Origin: Mytilus trossulus
Lineage: Eukaryota
Assembly: GCF_036588685.1 (NCBI RefSeq)
Contig: NC_086381.1
Coordinates: 34,534,001 to 34,598,000 of the forward strand
Direction: 5' to 3'
Length of the DNA: 64,000 bases
Shown here: positions 12,426 through 27,969 of the stretch, piece by piece
Layout of the letters: every line of letters starts with the position of its first letter
How positions within the stretch are numbered: the stretch's first letter is position 1
Notes under the pieces: generated by a model
Databases searched by the model: none
What the model was told of the DNA's origin: nothing
The model's input: the letters and a program-made list of their open reading frames with translations, nothing else
Made by a program: the position numbers and the translations under genes

Positions 12426-12951
12426 AGGGGCATTATCTGTCAAATTCTTGTTAACCGATTCAACTAAAGTTCTTATATTTTATATAATTAGTTATCAAAA
12501 GTACCAGGCTTATAATTTAATACGTAAGAAAATATATTAAGATGAACATCCAAAGTACAGAAAGTCTAGAACAAACAAAAACATGTTAAATGTGCTAACA
12601 TTTCGTGTTTATTTTAGTCTATTTGCTATTTAAATAACCATCATGATGACCTCCAAAGTTAGTCAACGATCTCATAACTCGATATAGACATAGACGTGAA
12701 TATGAATAGATAGCGAACTCGTGCAATTGAATCCTTCTATGTCGTTTAGATATCACTCCTGGATAGGTTTATAAATATGCTAATAATAGTTTTTGTTCAC
12801 TTCTAATTTTTCATTAGCGATGTTTCTTTTTTTATTTTGACAAAACTGAACCAAACTTGTTGCTAAATGCGAATTTTTATATCACTATTTCACCTTCATA
12901 GATGATTGGAAAACACACGTAATATGTGCTTGCTTTATTTCGTGTGTCCCT
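12426..12951. mobile_element. Kolobok-type non-autonomous element (TTAA TSD), old and co-duplicated with block A
   Basis: Ends are TTAA|AGGGGCA...TGTCCCT|TTAA. Relatives lie at 1950, ~4640, ~14380, ~22920 and 56649-59347. Confidence 0.6.
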
Positions 12952-14749
12952 TTAAATGCCCCCATAAAACCTATTTTTTTCAATTTCCTTAGTAATAAGT
13001 ATGAGATAAAACATTCTTTTTGAAGTAACATAAACATAATGCAATCACACACAATGTGATCTAACTGATACTTGTATACGTCCAATCATAATCATAAATT
13101 GACGTCATCCATTCAGATATCGTTTAAGTGAAACAGATAAAAAAACACATTTGCTAACAAAATGATAATACACAGACACAAAATAAAACTGCAATCGAAT
13201 GATTTTTCCAAATAACAAAACATTATTAATGTACAGTCTAAATAGGCCGAGTTTTGAAAAACATGTAAAAGCAAATTTTTCTTAATATCATATTTTGATC
13301 TTTAAATGTATTTGGATTCACTGTTGTTTATTTCTGAATTTATGAAACATACCAAACACGTAGTCAGACTTTTAAGTTTTCTGAAAATATATTATATTCG
13401 ATATATTAAGAAAATACCTCGTAAGATTCTTTATATATGGAATCTTGCGTAACGTTATAAGATATAAGAAGCCATAGATTGAAGAAAGAACTGTATATCA
13501 TATTCTATAAAAAAAATTCTACTTATTTATGGATGAATGATCAGATTTATGATGTATTGAAATGTCAGCCTAGGCTATACATGTAGGTGTATAAAATGAA
13601 TTTACAAGATCATGTTACTTTTGATTTAAAGTACTTTCTACAAAATTCAATAAACTGATTTTTGGACAGATAAACAATGTTGTTACATACTTTATCAGCA
13701 ACATACTAAAAATGTCTGAACTTTCGGCACTGATCGAACCATTTGATATATGGATTTGTGTTCGAATAGAGATAATTAGACAACAGATGTCACAGTTTCG
13801 GTGTTCTTATATTATACACAACAGGCCTTTTATTATATTAGCTTAACATTAAAAAAATTTGATCAGCTAAAATGTGATGAAAAATTTATATGGTTAATGT
13901 CCTCTGAAGATCATTATATATATGATCAATTATATACATTGATATACAACTTAAAGAATGAAAAGTTCAAATTGGTGAATACTTAAATTAAATAACTTCT
14001 CTTGTAATATATATGTTTCATTGCTATATGCATCTGTTTTCATGTTCCCTTTCCTATGCCATTTTATATCTATATTCATAACTTTATCAATATTGTACCA
14101 ACCCATATTGAATTTTGTGTTTTGTATAAGATATGCTTGTATTGGAATTTATATTTTAGCTCCATTCTGGGCGCTCATTGCAAAATAAAATAATTTGTAT
14201 TTGTACTTTCATTGTGTATTAAAACGATCAATGAGAACGTGCGTGGGGTTTGTTCAAAAGCTATGTTTAGTAAATGAATGAACGATGAATTTGAAGAGCA
14301 TTGAATACAATTGATCCATATCATGTTCTATTATTTATGTTTGTAAGCACGGGCTTGAAAAAATCCCCTCACATTTTAAAAGACGCATTAACCGTCAAAG
14401 TTATTTTTATAGATTTAACTCAAATTCACATTTTTGATATACAACGTACCAATACGTATATCCGAATTATGAAAAATTATTTAAATAAACAATTTCCGAT
14501 GCACGTACTCAATGAATGTATTAACATTTCTTATTCGTTTTAGTCTTGAAACCATCTAGTTAACCATCGATATGACATCCGAAGACTGTCGACGTTCATA
14601 TAACCAGATATAAACATGTAATAAATAGAGAACCAATTCATGGAATTTAAATTTCCTAGGTTTGTTGAATCTCACTCTTAATGTTTGAAAAATATGTTAA
14701 TAATCGTTTTTAACTGCAGTTTTAAAAATATCACAAAATCGAGTTGAGA

Positions 14750-14905
14750 CTAACACGAACCCCACAAAATACTAGGGGTGATCTCAGGTGCTTAAGAAGG
14801 GTAAGAAGATCCGGATCCACATGTGGCACCCATCGTGTTGCTTATGAGATAACAAATCCGGTAACTATTCTAATTCGGTAGGTCACATTTATGAAAAGAA
14901 AGAGG
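14750..14905 (-). mobile_element. Fragment of the Penelope-like 3' region
   Basis: The reverse complement matches ~39425-39560 (TGTGACCTACCGAATTAGA...ACCCTT...ATCAC...GGTTCGTGTT). Confidence 0.7.
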
Positions 14906-16426
14906 ACATAGATTCAATTGAAGGTCACATCCATACGGATTTTATAAGGTCGAATTAGTTAAGTACAAGTGAACAATTCATCAGCCATATATCTTTGCTT
15001 ATTTTGACAAAAATAACCTAAGTTTGTGACTAAAAACGAATTTTTCTTTCACTTTTATTAATGATTGAGCCAAACGAAATAATATTTTAAGATTTTTTTT
15101 CATATCTCGTAGCTTTTGCTCCATTACCACAGAGCTTTCTACAATGTCAAACCAGTTTAACCAGTACCCATTAAAAAATCATATCTGTTTAATTGACAGA
15201 ATATAAAACATTGAAATTGGCTTCAATAATATACTTAAAATTTCTTTTAAGACTCAGATTCGTGACATAAGGTATTTAAGCGACCTTATAGTCATAGTAT
15301 TAGCTAACTTTATATATCAAAAATCCGATAAATCCTTCGCTAATTCATCTTCTAGAAAATTTAACATATCTACCATGTCGTCACGATCAGATACAAACTA
15401 ATGTCACTATAAACAAATTAATGAGTTTGGCCATATATTTAGATTTTGTTTTCACAAAAACATAAAAGGTAATTCAAAGCGTAGGATGTGTAACATTAAA
15501 CGATTGATTGATGCTGATGGTGAGATTTTTAACGACATAAACTTGTAATACAGTTCTCGCACGGTCAAAGAAAAGCGAAACGATATCAAAGGGATGGTTT
15601 AACTCATGGGTCAAAAACGGACTGAATGGGACAAAATCAAAAAAACAAAAAACAAAAAAACATGTGTATTTTATGTATGAGACACTAGAGGCAGTGGGTA
15701 GATTTTGCAATCGCTACAGCAGGTAAATAAAACATTTCATTATGAATAAATGGGTCTCTTGCTACCCTTTTAAAGAAACAGTATTTTTCAATTTACATAA
15801 TATGAAACACTGAAAGGAAATTGCAGAGTATTTTCGTTTTAAATTATACAATTCAAATTTCTTTTGAGAATCATATTCGTGGCATAAGGTAATTTTGATT
15901 GCGTTATAAAGACAGTATTAACAAACCTATTTTGAAAATTAGATAAACTCTTTGCAAAGCTATCTTCTTGATAAATAAACATATCTACCATGCATGTAGT
16001 CTCGATCAGATACACGCTAATATCACCATAAACTTTTTAATGAGTTTGACTATGATAATAGATTTACAATTGTTTTTCATTAGCACAAAAAAGATTATTC
16101 AAATCATTGAATGTGACATTAACCGATGGATTGATGTTATGTCTAACGTTTCCGTATGTACTATGGCAGAATATTCAGAAGAGAACATTTGTAAAAAGTG
16201 TAATTTAATTTAAAAAAGCACATTTTTTTTCTACCGTAAATTGTTCATACATTGTTTTTTTAAAGGTTTATGTACCCTTCTGTCGCCATTTTTGTACGAA
16301 TTTTTCAAACATCAATTGTATCAAAACAACAGACATAACTAATAATAGAGACAGGCCATTTTGAACATATAATAGGGGGAAACTTGCTGCAAAGCATAAT
16401 TGTTTACTGTTGCATTGCATTTAATA

Positions 16427-17430
16427 GAAATAAAGGCAACAGTAGTATACCGCTGTTCAAAACTAATAAATCCATGGACAAAAAACAAAATCGGGGTAAC
16501 AAACTAAAACCGAGGGAAACGCATTAAATATAAGAGGAGAACAACGACATAACACCGAAACGTAACACACACAGAAAGGGACCAAGCATCAGACAAAACA
16601 CCACGAGAATAACAAATATAACATGAAAACTAAATACATGAATTTGGGATAGACAAGTACCGTGCCACGTCTTATCTCAATATCTCAAAAATAAGAGAAA
16701 ACACAAACGACTCAACGTTAAAATGCAACACACACATAAACGAACAATAATATAACAATGGCCATCTTCCTGACTTGGTACAGGACACTTTTAAAGGAGA
16801 ATAAAAGTGGTGGGTTGAACCTGATTTTGTGGCATGCCAAACCTCGCACTTTAATGGCAAAGTTAAATATAACATTGAGATGAGAACATAATATTACAGG
16901 ACTACAATACAAATAAATAGGAGAACATATTAGACAAAGAAAAACATGATTAATAGATAACAAAAAGCATCAGGTTTAAAATTCAATACGCCAAAAACGC
17001 GTCTTGTCCACACAAAAATCAACAGTGACGCCCAGATATAAAAGATCGAAAGTGAAAAAAGTACAAAGTCGTACAGCACTGAAGATCAAAAGTTGAAAAG
17101 GTTTCTCCAAATACGGCATTGTTTTTATGCCCGGGATAATAACATTCTTATTATATAGAACAATTCATGCTATTGCAAACAGTAAATTTTATCAAATGTA
17201 TATGAAAGAGTTAACATAAAGAAACTGAAGTATTAACTAATTACAGAAAACTAAACCCGAATACATAACGCCAAGATATAAAATATCGAAAGTGAAAAAG
17301 GTACAAAGTTGTACAGCACTGAAGATCAAAAGTTGAAAAGGTTTTGCCAAATACGGCATTGTTTTTATGCCCGGGATAAGAACATCCTTATTATATAGAA
17401 CAATTCATGCTATTGCAAACAGTAAATTTT
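16427..17430 (-). mobile_element. ~1-kb composite repeat with a decayed hammerhead and a partial tandem duplication
   Basis: Reverse-orientation homolog of 48340-49170. A decayed hammerhead lies at ~16986-17030 (minus: CGTCA-CTGTTGA...GGAC...TGGCG). Segment 17030-17190 is repeated at 17270-17430. Confidence 0.7.
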
Positions 17431-18189
17431 ACGTCAACGTAATTAAAACAATGTGACGTCACATACGATGGCGAAACGGCACAAACGTTATGCCACATTT
17501 GAATTTATGAAATTTAGAAACAGCATGACGTCACACATGAAAAACTATCAAAGTGAGATAGAATTAGGATTGATTTAAGACTACATTAGAACCCAACACT
17601 AATAATTCATTCAAACAAAATGCATATTGCAATACTTATCAACAGCAATCAACTGCAAGATATATATATGTCCAGTCTGCCATGAATCCAACCTCAAACG
17701 CAAACAATCGTTCAAAATTGTATATAATTAACAAAGGCGGTGATCAATTTTTTTATCCGCAACACCCAAATAAAAGAAAGAGTACTTTGTGGCAAATAAA
17801 CCAAGATTTTTATAGAAAATCCACAGCCTTTAATAAAGAGATTTATGTTATAAAATTTGAAATATAAATTACTCACTTGCTTTTTCTATGATGTGATAGT
17901 GTTTATTTTTTTTACAAAAAGTTCTATCCAACCTGTAAACTCCAAAATACCTCGTGCAGAGTAACTAAAGTAGAGCGGTGTACTTGATTTGGTCCATATT
18001 TTTATTTGTTCTAACCAATAACTACATGTTTAAACTTGTTTTAAGGAAATCAATACTAGCACTGCATGCACTAATCCTATATCTATCGGTCAACAAATTG
18101 CCAAATATCTTTATTTTTATTACAACAAGAAATGTGTCACTATACTTTTGAGGGTGAATAATTTTTTCCAAGTCACTTTCTAATTCAAG

Positions 18190-21100
18190 GGCCAAAACAT
18201 TATCTATTTCCAGTAAGCAGAAAACAACGTTTTAGTGCTCCGTTTTATGAAGCCCCCCTCGCAAGTTTTCCGTGTTGCATATTATGCGACTTCAAATAAT
18301 AAAAAAAAATATAATAATTCACTTGTATATGCTTTTTTCTTGTAATACTATATGCATGTTTAAAAAAATCCGGCTTTTGGTAATTTTCCCCGTCTGATTT
18401 ACATGTATGAAGAAATGAATTCCTATCATCGAATTTAGCTATTTGATAGTTTCTGAGTAACATTTCATTAGTTTTAAAATAAAAGGTTATGTGTCGCTCC
18501 GGCTTTTGGTAATTTTCCCCGTCTGATTTACATGTATGAAGAAATGAATTCATCAGATAGTTTGTAATTTTAACACACCTAGTCTATAGTGATACATCTT
18601 TATTATCATAAGATAATATTCATAATGGACTAGAAAGCATTTCAAATATACTTGATAATTAATTAATTGTATGTTCACTCTTACACATTATGGTATTTAG
18701 TAACTTTTGTAATGTTATCAATACAAATAAAATTATAACTTGTAGCCTGATATAAAAAAATCACTTTTGACCATTACGCGAGTCTGTCGCAAATACAAAA
18801 TTCAAACCCAGGTATGTGCCTGTCGCAAGTCAGGAGCATGTAATTTAGTGGTTGTCGTTTGTTTATGTGTTAAATATTTGTTTTTCGTACATTTTTGTTG
18901 ATATAAATAAGGCCGTTCGTTTTTTCAATTATTTTATATTGCCATTTCGGGGCCTTTTATAGCTGACTATGCGGTATGGTCTTCAGTGACCTTTATTTGT
19001 TAATTTCTGTGTCATTTTGGTCTCTTGTGTAGATTATATATCTTTGATGAGTTTATTTATGACTATTATCGTAAACAATCGTGATATTGAACGGTTATTT
19101 GTCTTTGTTTAATTTAAAATTTGTGTTGCCATATTTCCCTAGTGTTTGCCTATCTTGTAGTAAAAAACATATATGTAAATTGGTAAAGGAGAAAACTTAC
19201 GCTATAGAATTGTAAATTTTGAAAAACTGTAAACGAATAATCTTTTGTAGGTATTTGGAAAATATTTAAATTCAAATGGTAAACTTGTTTTCGTCACCGA
19301 TAATAACAATTATAATGCTGGATGCAATATCCCTTTGTATGGAATTTCCGCTAACGGGAATCCTAAATTCGCACCATGTCACAAAGCTTGTTATACATCT
19401 AATGTGCACGTAATGTATTTGTCAGATTTTTTTCAACAAGACTGCCATTTTACCGTTTAATCATTTTGAAGATTGTGCTTTGCTGGAATTTACCCGAAGA
19501 ACACCGGTCGATTCAGTTGTTACATACGAATGAATGACGTCTTTGGCCAGTATCCCAACCTAACATAACACTTAATACATCTTGATGTCAGCATAGTTAC
19601 GGTAGCCATAAAACAATACGTTTCCAGACATTATGTCAATATGTTAATCAGCTCTAGTCTAGCAAATGTGTAAATAAATTGAACAAGTACGCTAAGGATT
19701 ACCAAGGTAAGGTATGGAAATTTTTGTCAGATGTTCGGATGTCGTGGGTCTTTAACATTTGATACAAGGCAAACTATTTTGCCCATAACACCCATTCATC
19801 TTGCAAATATAAGGAAAAAGTCCGAGTCAGCATTTTCTCACCATATTTTAAAAATCAAATATCTCAAAAAGGAGCTCCATGACCATCAATATTTTTAGCT
19901 TATTTTGTTCCTTAACGAATGCACTTCTGACGTATAGTATCAATTTCAAATTCTTGTTTTTCTTTCTATGGTCACACTACAAAGTCGGATAAATGATGTT
20001 ACAGACGACGAAATGTTAAAAAAACCCGTTTCATTCCAAGAGTAAATTGTTGAGTTAATTGATATTGGAAATAACAGATAGTAATATACATTCGATTGAC
20101 TCTCTGTCGATTTAAATGTGTTATTTGACCAATATATTTCTTCAAATTGACCATAACTTTCCTGCAAGTTAATTAGTACAAGTTAGTAGAAATGTGTTTA
20201 GTGGCTCATCATTTCTATTAACAAAAGATTACAATAACTATACATTATTATTCATATATAGCCATGTTATTGCAAGATAGCTGTTCCTGTTTCTTATTAG
20301 AAAAGATTACTTGATCACTGGGAATAATAACTGACCTAATATAAATGGCATGCTCCAGCCAAAGTTTATAGTCGGTTGTAACATTAATAGGCATGGTGTA
20401 ACGAAGTTTCGGAGATAAAAGCATCCAATTACTTTTTCTTTATTCTTTTTATAATTATGTAATATAATCGGATAAGTGAAAATGAGAATGCAGGACTCAT
20501 TGTAGTTCTTAATACATATCAAATAATATTTTCAGAAAATAGTTGTGATGATATATTCAAATTCTTTAAAATTAACATTTAATAATCGATATTAGATAAA
20601 CGTAACATTCGTTTTGAAACAACGATTGCCTACGATAATGATACCTCACTGCATCAATTTGGATTAAAGTATGGTAATATGCGTTAGCTAATTTGTTATG
20701 GATATTGAGTTCGTTTTATTTATACTTTTTTTGGTCTTGCTTTTGTGATCCGGCTAAATGAAACATAGAAAGCATTACCCAGCAAATTATCATTCCCTTA
20801 TCGTCAGTATGGCAACTGACGAACCTGGCTAATAAGATAACTAGTATAAATACAATTGAATTCTAACAACATTTACATCACGTTACGCTTGTGCCAATAT
20901 TTACAGATCACAAAAAGAAATTAAGAAGTTGAACTGTTACTTGAAAGTATAAAGCATATATGTTTAGTCAAACGACATTTGAAATAAAAAAAAAAACAAC
21001 CCTACTGTGATTAGTATATAGTAAGCAATGTGAATTGATTGAAAATATTACCGTGATTTTGAATTGCTGATACGTAGAATTGAATTATTAAACTCTAACA

Positions 21101-21414
21101 TTAGCTATCTAATTGTATAGAAAGTCATTTGATAAAAATCCCGTGGTTCTAATCAAAATGTTTGAAATGACATTTACGAGGAATAACATTAGCGATTGTG
21201 TGAAACTAAGAATTGAAAATGAATTTATAAGAAAACAGATTGAAAACTTGAGATTTCAAATTAGAGAAATGATTATCTGTTCCAATTGAAGTTTGTCTAA
21301 TATTTACAATTTGTTATAATAATCAGTCATTTTTCTGGCTGAAAATTTATGTTCGAAATCAGGCTATTCTTTGTCCTAAACATTAACAAAACGATCACAA
21401 ATGAAGAAAGACAT
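18190..21414 (-). pseudogene. Degraded Toll-like-receptor-like gene (LRR-TM-TIR), copy 1
   Basis: Minus-strand frame fragments include a signal-like SFVIVLLMF, LRR-like DNHFSNLKSQVFNLFS, PCLLMLQPTINF...FP and IDIMSGNVLF, and a juxtamembrane NKFTI..KYLQKII. It is interrupted by repeats at ~18770-19040 and ~19705-20040. Net length is about 2.6 kb, with many stops and frameshifts. Confidence 0.55.
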
Positions 21415-24400
21415 AAAGAGGGATATGATCATTACACATTTCGAACAATAGACTTCTTTGGAATTCATCCGTCACGGTAAAAAAAACTCGTCAATTATGC
21501 ACGCCGTTTTGACGTAATTTAGTAGATAGAGGGAATCGCCTGTATCCCTGCACTATTACCGTTCAGTAAGCGTCTTAGTGATCGCCATTATGCAGGATAA
21601 ACTAGAAATAAATTGTTGGCCTACTGAAACTAGTAAACCGTTACAAAGTAAAAGTTAAATATGATTTTACACCTGTCTATGATCTTTTTAACTGAAAGGT
21701 AAAACATTATCTTACAAAGAATAGATAACCATTAAAAGGTGAACGTTTAATGAATATATTACTGAGAACACCCCATGACCTTACACAGTAAAAGGTCAAA
21801 GTTGAATTTATTAAGACCAGACCATGAACTTACAAACTGAACGATTTATCGCCAAAAATAGTGGCAATTTTCATTAAAATGACGAACGTGAAATGTAATC
21901 TAAAATAATAATTGTCAAAGCCAGTATATATTTTTCTCATATTAGGAACTTATTCAAATGAATGTCAGTTTTCAGACCAAAACTAATGATATTTATTTAT
22001 TGCGTACACAACTTTGGCTTTTTTTAAAATAGAAATGGTTTTCTTTTCCAGGAATAGATTACTTTAGCTGTATATGGCAAAAGCCTTCAACTTATTGATT
22101 CTGAAAGCACTTAAACTTTGTTCTCTGTGCAGGCATTTTAAAATTTTTGTGAAGATTGTATTTTAATCTATAAAGATTTTTTTATAGAGTGTAGTTTATT
22201 TGCTGTCTTTTGACATATAACACACACTGCGTTTTATTTTTCTGGGAGAAGTATTAATTTGACATAATCTAGAAAATTCTTATTCGCAAGATTCTTTAAA
22301 TGGAATCTTGCTTATGTTATACATTGTATTAAGCCATAAATCAAATAAACAACAATATATCATTTTCTATAATAATGAACTTATCTATGAAGAAAAGTAC
22401 AAATTCATGATGTATTATCAAAACGTCAGTCATTCTAGGCTATACCTGTAGGTGTATATAATGAGATTTCAAGATGTTGTTTGTAATATAAAGTTCTTCC
22501 AGAAAATATTCGTTAAACGTATTGTTGGATAGATAAACAATATTTATGACTTTATCAGAAACATATTTAAAAAACTTTTGGCACTGGTCGAACCATTTGA
22601 TAGATGGCTTTGTGTTCGAATAAAGATAATTAGACAACATGTCTTCTAGTTCTCCTTTTTTCAATTTGTGTAGCAAGTAGTGTTTGCACTTAATTGGTAT
22701 GTGGACATTAAGTGTAACAATTTACAACACAGTCCTATCGTTATGTTTAAACGATGAACGATAAAATGCTGGTGGTTTGTTAAAAGCTATGTCAAGTAAA
22801 TGAACAAAATACGAATTTGAAGAGCATTAAGATACAAATCATGTTTGTAAGGCAGATCTCTTATATGTTTTATAAAAAATGTTTGTAAGAAAAGTTTGAC
22901 TAGAAAAAAAAACTTTTAAAGGGGCATTGGCCGACATATTCATGTTCACCGATTTGATTGTTAAATTACTATTACACTTTCATAAATGATTGAGCAAAAA
23001 CAAATGGGATTTTTTTTCTTTCTCTTGTATCATTTAATTGCAGCCATAGAGAGATAGTTGTTTACAATTCCCTTACTAATACGCACATGTCGTATAACCA
23101 CTTTAATCAGTATCCATTTTAAAGAAAGACGACTTTCACCTGACCAAATCTAAAATTTTCAAAAGTATAATGTGTGATCCAGAGATTTTTTCGTTTTATA
23201 AAAAGCTTAGAATATATAAATATAATTCTTTTAAGACTGAAATTCGTAACATGAGGTTATTTTCCAAGCCTTATGATTGACCGAATGAATAAAGTCTGTA
23301 CGCAGGTCATCTTCTGAATAAATAATAAATAAATAAACTGATTGTTGGCATTTGAAAAAAAAGATTAATACTTTAAAACAACATGCATGGATTGGTGTTC
23401 TTTCTGAAATTTTACGGGAAAAGACTTTCTGAACATCCAAGTTCTAAAATTAAGGAAATGTATATGAATATAATATACTACTGGAATTTATAAAATTCAA
23501 TTGTTATATTTTCATAATTTATTCAAAATCATAATATTTTTAAGGTAGTCAGTATTGTGACATACTTTTTCAGCAACAAATTCATGATACAGATTGCATA
23601 ACATTAAAAATGTTGGAACATTCAAAAACTATGTTTATTGAAGGTACAATATATGACAGGGTTAGAGGTATAAAAAACCTCTTTATCTGTTTTTTTTAAA
23701 GATATTTTCATCAACAAATGAAGTGTCTTAACAAGGATGGTCAATATATGAAACATATTCAATATAGTGAAGAAAAAAAACCCTGTTGATTGTGTACTAT
23801 GTTTAAAACAACGGTTTTGTCACTGTGTTGCTTATCTAATGTAGAGGTGTAGTAGTTTTTATACCATAATAGGTAGCATAGACTATATCTATTGATAAAA
23901 TATCAACTTGCCTTCATGCCAAACCATTTTTGCATTGGATATTCTGTATTCATCATGCTTTCACCTAGAAAAAGGTCACATTCCCAGAAGAAATATGTTT
24001 ACATTATTAAAAGCTATCATTTAGTAATTATCTTCAAAAATAGATGTATACCATTAGACTAACTCCCTCATGAGTATAACTTAATATACTTAATGTGTAT
24101 GTTTATTTTGTATTTTGTTCGTTATGTTTTCACGACAAAGACAAAACAACAGCTGTAAATATTGTGCCTTTAAAAAAAGAGGAATGTGGTATTTGGTGCT
24201 AGTTAAAAAGAAGGATAGCAATAAACGATCAGAGTCCTGCCTTATTGGTTTATGTAGAACATTTATTTATACGATAACAAGCATCGCAAAACAAGATATG
24301 AGTTACTATACGTTAAGGGTTAATGATTTTTACCAAGGCACTTTCGAATTCTGTGGAAGGACCAAAGCCTGCTAGAGTTAAAACATTACTTTTAATATAC

Positions 24401-27400
24401 CAAACAATCAAAAGAAAAACAACAGTCTTCAAAACACAACCTATGACATTTAAATAATAACACTATTGGCCATTGCCAGAATTTGTAATCGTTACAGCTC
24501 GTAAACGAACCTTTTTGTAGTGAATAATTTAGCATTGTGTTAATCAATCTACGAGTTTATTAGAGACTATAAATATTTTTTTTTAACTTTTAAACAACTA
24601 AAGGTGTTTTCGAGTGGTCTCTTCCAACAGATGACTTCACACTCAGCATTGTTGTTCTTAAACTGGTGTTTGTCTTTTGATTTTTTGTATGTTGGTCAAG
24701 ACCGTGTAGAACGTTACATGAAGGGTGTAAACTATGTTTGAAAAGGGATGGCGAATTTGAAACGGAGAAAAAGAGAAAAATGTAATCAAAAGTATAAAAA
24801 TTTCTTTTTGAAAGCATCAAATAATATATTGCACGGAGGGACCAAACCAGAATCTATTTCAAGCGAACGTTTTAGTGCTTCATTTTCTAAAGACCCCTCG
24901 CAAGTTTGCCGAGTTGTAGATTTTGAGACTGCATATAATGAAAATAATAATAATTTCTTGGTGTTTGTTCTCAGTCTGATCTATGACGAAATAAATTCCT
25001 TTATCGGTAATTCGTATATTTTCCATTTGGTCTTCATCTGATAGTTTGTAATTCTAGCACACCTATTGTATTGGTATGACTCTTTATTTGTCATAAGTTG
25101 ATATGCAGAATGGAATGGCAAGCATTTCAAATATACTTTTATCAGAATTGTATGTTTAGACTTACACATAATTGTTTTTAGTAACCTTTATGATGTTGTT
25201 ATTTCATCTTTTTCTTTACAATTTCCTGCATGATTTACTAGGAACCACTCATGACCATTATCGTAAAGAATCGTGATATAAAACAGTGATTTTCTCACGT
25301 TTTATGACAAATTGTGTCTTTCTTTCTTGTATTGAAACAAATATGAAAATTGTTTCAAGAGAAAACTTACGCTATTGAGTTGTAAATACTAAATTACTGT
25401 AAACGAATAATTTTTTGTAGGTATTTAAGAATATAAGTTCGAATGGTAAACTCGTTTGCGTTACAGATATTACAAAATTAGATATTGTTTGTAATATCCC
25501 TTTTTATGGAATTCCCGCTAACCGGAATCTTACATTCGTTCCATGTGTTAATATTTGCTATACAATTAAATATGACCACTTTTGTGATATAATCGCGACA
25601 TGTATTAAGTCAGATTTATTTCAACAGGACTTCCATTTTATATTTGCTTCGTTTTTTTGGTAAAAGAAATTAATTTTTTGTGTACATTATTATTTTGAAC
25701 ATTGTGTTTTTCTGGAATTTACTCGGAAGAACACCGGTCAATTTTAGAACGAGAGAAGACACACTTCTCTATCTCAGTTGATACATACGAATAAATGACA
25801 CGTCGCTGAGGCAGTAACTCAACCTAACATAGCACTTTAAACATCTTAATGTCAGGATAGATACGGTTTCCATACACAAATACGTTTCCAGGAATTATGT
25901 CAATCTGTCAATCACTTCTTATCTAGCAAAGGTGTGAAGAAAATTTATCAAGCACGTTTGGATACTTTCCGTCAACGTCAAATTCCCGAAAGATGATAGA
26001 AAAGTGTTGTTACCTATCATAAATTGAGCAGCTAATGACGGAAACGTAACAACAAAACTGACATTGGAAAAAACATATACACATGAAACATTCGATTGTG
26101 TTTCCGTCATTTTAATATGTTCTATTTGATCAAAATAACAATTACTTTTCTGCATGTTCATTAGAACAAATTAATAAAAATGTGTTTGGTGGCTCAGCTT
26201 TTCTATTAATAAAAGGTTTAAGTTACGATACATTATCATTCCTATATAGCCATGTTCTCTCTAGATAGCTGTTCCAATTAATCATTACTTGATATTTGGG
26301 AATAATAACTGACCTAATATAAAAGGCATGCCCCAGACGAAAGTTTATGGTCGGTTTAAGTATTTATAGGCATGGGGTAATGAAGTTTCGGAGATAAAAG
26401 CATCCAATTACATTTACTTTATTCTTTTTATGTAATTTAATCTGCTGATAAATGAAAAATACAGGCAACACGTAATTGCTTAATACATATTATATATATA
26501 TATATTATTTTCAGAAAACAGTTATTGCGTTATACTTAAATCCTTTTAACATTCAGTAATCAATATAAAATCAAAGTCACTTTATTTTGTTTTTTACAAC
26601 GACTGCCTACTATAGAGATATTTTACTTCATTAATTTGGATCAAATGATGTTTATGCATTAGCTAATTTGTCATGCATATTGGATTCGTTCTTTCTATTA
26701 TGTTTTTGTTTTTCGTCTTAACTAAGCCATGAATGCATAACCTAGCAAATTAGTTTTCCTTCCTCGTCAATTTTTTAAGCAATTGCGAAACTCAACTTAT
26801 AGAAAATAAAAGTATTCTATTCGAAGGTTTGCTGGCATCAATTTGTCATGGAAATTTTGATTCGTTTTATCCATCTTGTTTTGTTTTGTTTTCCAGCTTG
26901 TCTTAGCAATGAAGGCATGACCTAGAAAATTATAATTCCACTTTCGTCAGTGTCTTGAGTAATTGGTTTAATTCAACTTATAAGAGAACAAAAGTTTGAA
27001 ATTTCCTAAAATCAATTGACAATTTGAATGTATGTGTCGAATTTGTAAACATTAAAAACGTATTTGATTGAAAATTCAGATAAAAAAATACGACACTGTA
27101 ATCACTGTTCTAAAGCAACCAAAAATAAATCCCCTTTCAATCATGATAATATTCTCACATCTTTACATGATGTTACGCTTGCGCACACCATTACAGATAA
27201 ACACACGAAAATAGCATTACAAACAGTGTTTCGCTGTAATTAAAAGTTAAAAGCATACATTTTTGTTTCGGAGACATATGAAGCTGGCTATCGGGGCGTG
27301 ATTGTCTATCTGTGTTGAGGACTCATTGGTAGATTTAGGTTGTTTTTGGTTTTTGACCGGTTTATTGTCTCTTTGTCATATTCCCCATTTCTATTGTCAA

Positions 27401-27969
27401 TGCTTTGAATATTAAGTCTTGGAATTACTTGAAAACCACACCAGTATATAGGCTGCGATGTAAATTGTTTGAAAACATTTTTTTTTTTTTTTTTAGACTT
27501 GAAATACATTTATTGAAAATCACCTGATTACATTTTCCTTGTATAACTCAGGGAAGAATACACAAGGGGCCCTGTGTTTACAATGATCCAACGTCCAGGG
27601 ATAAACGGTGGACTCTATCATAAAAAAAATCTATTTAATATTTTTTTCCATACATAAGTTATACATTCATATTAATTACACAGATTGAGTTTGCGTATAA
27701 AATGTTCACAATATTCTACAGTAAATAAAATACATTAATAAAAGTCCCCCAAAACACACTACAATCTACACAATAATTTACCTTTACTTATATAATTGGC
27801 TTTTAATTTTTTGTACTTTTAACACCTGGATTACATTGTTATGTGTCGGTCAGTGGTTTTATAGGTCACATGCTCGACCTTGTAAATGCGTGTATTGTAT
27901 ATTTCTATCGTTGGATGTATTATGTTCTAAAAAGGAAAAGAAAGTAAGTACAAATTATTTCGTCACTTA

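Noticed and set aside
19250-19460. Cys-containing plus-strand open stretch after a TTTTGTAG acceptor-like site (also ~25420 and ~63060)
   Set aside because: It has no donor or recognisable domain, and the opposite strand fits the ordered LRR-TM-TIR pattern better. Not fully excluded.
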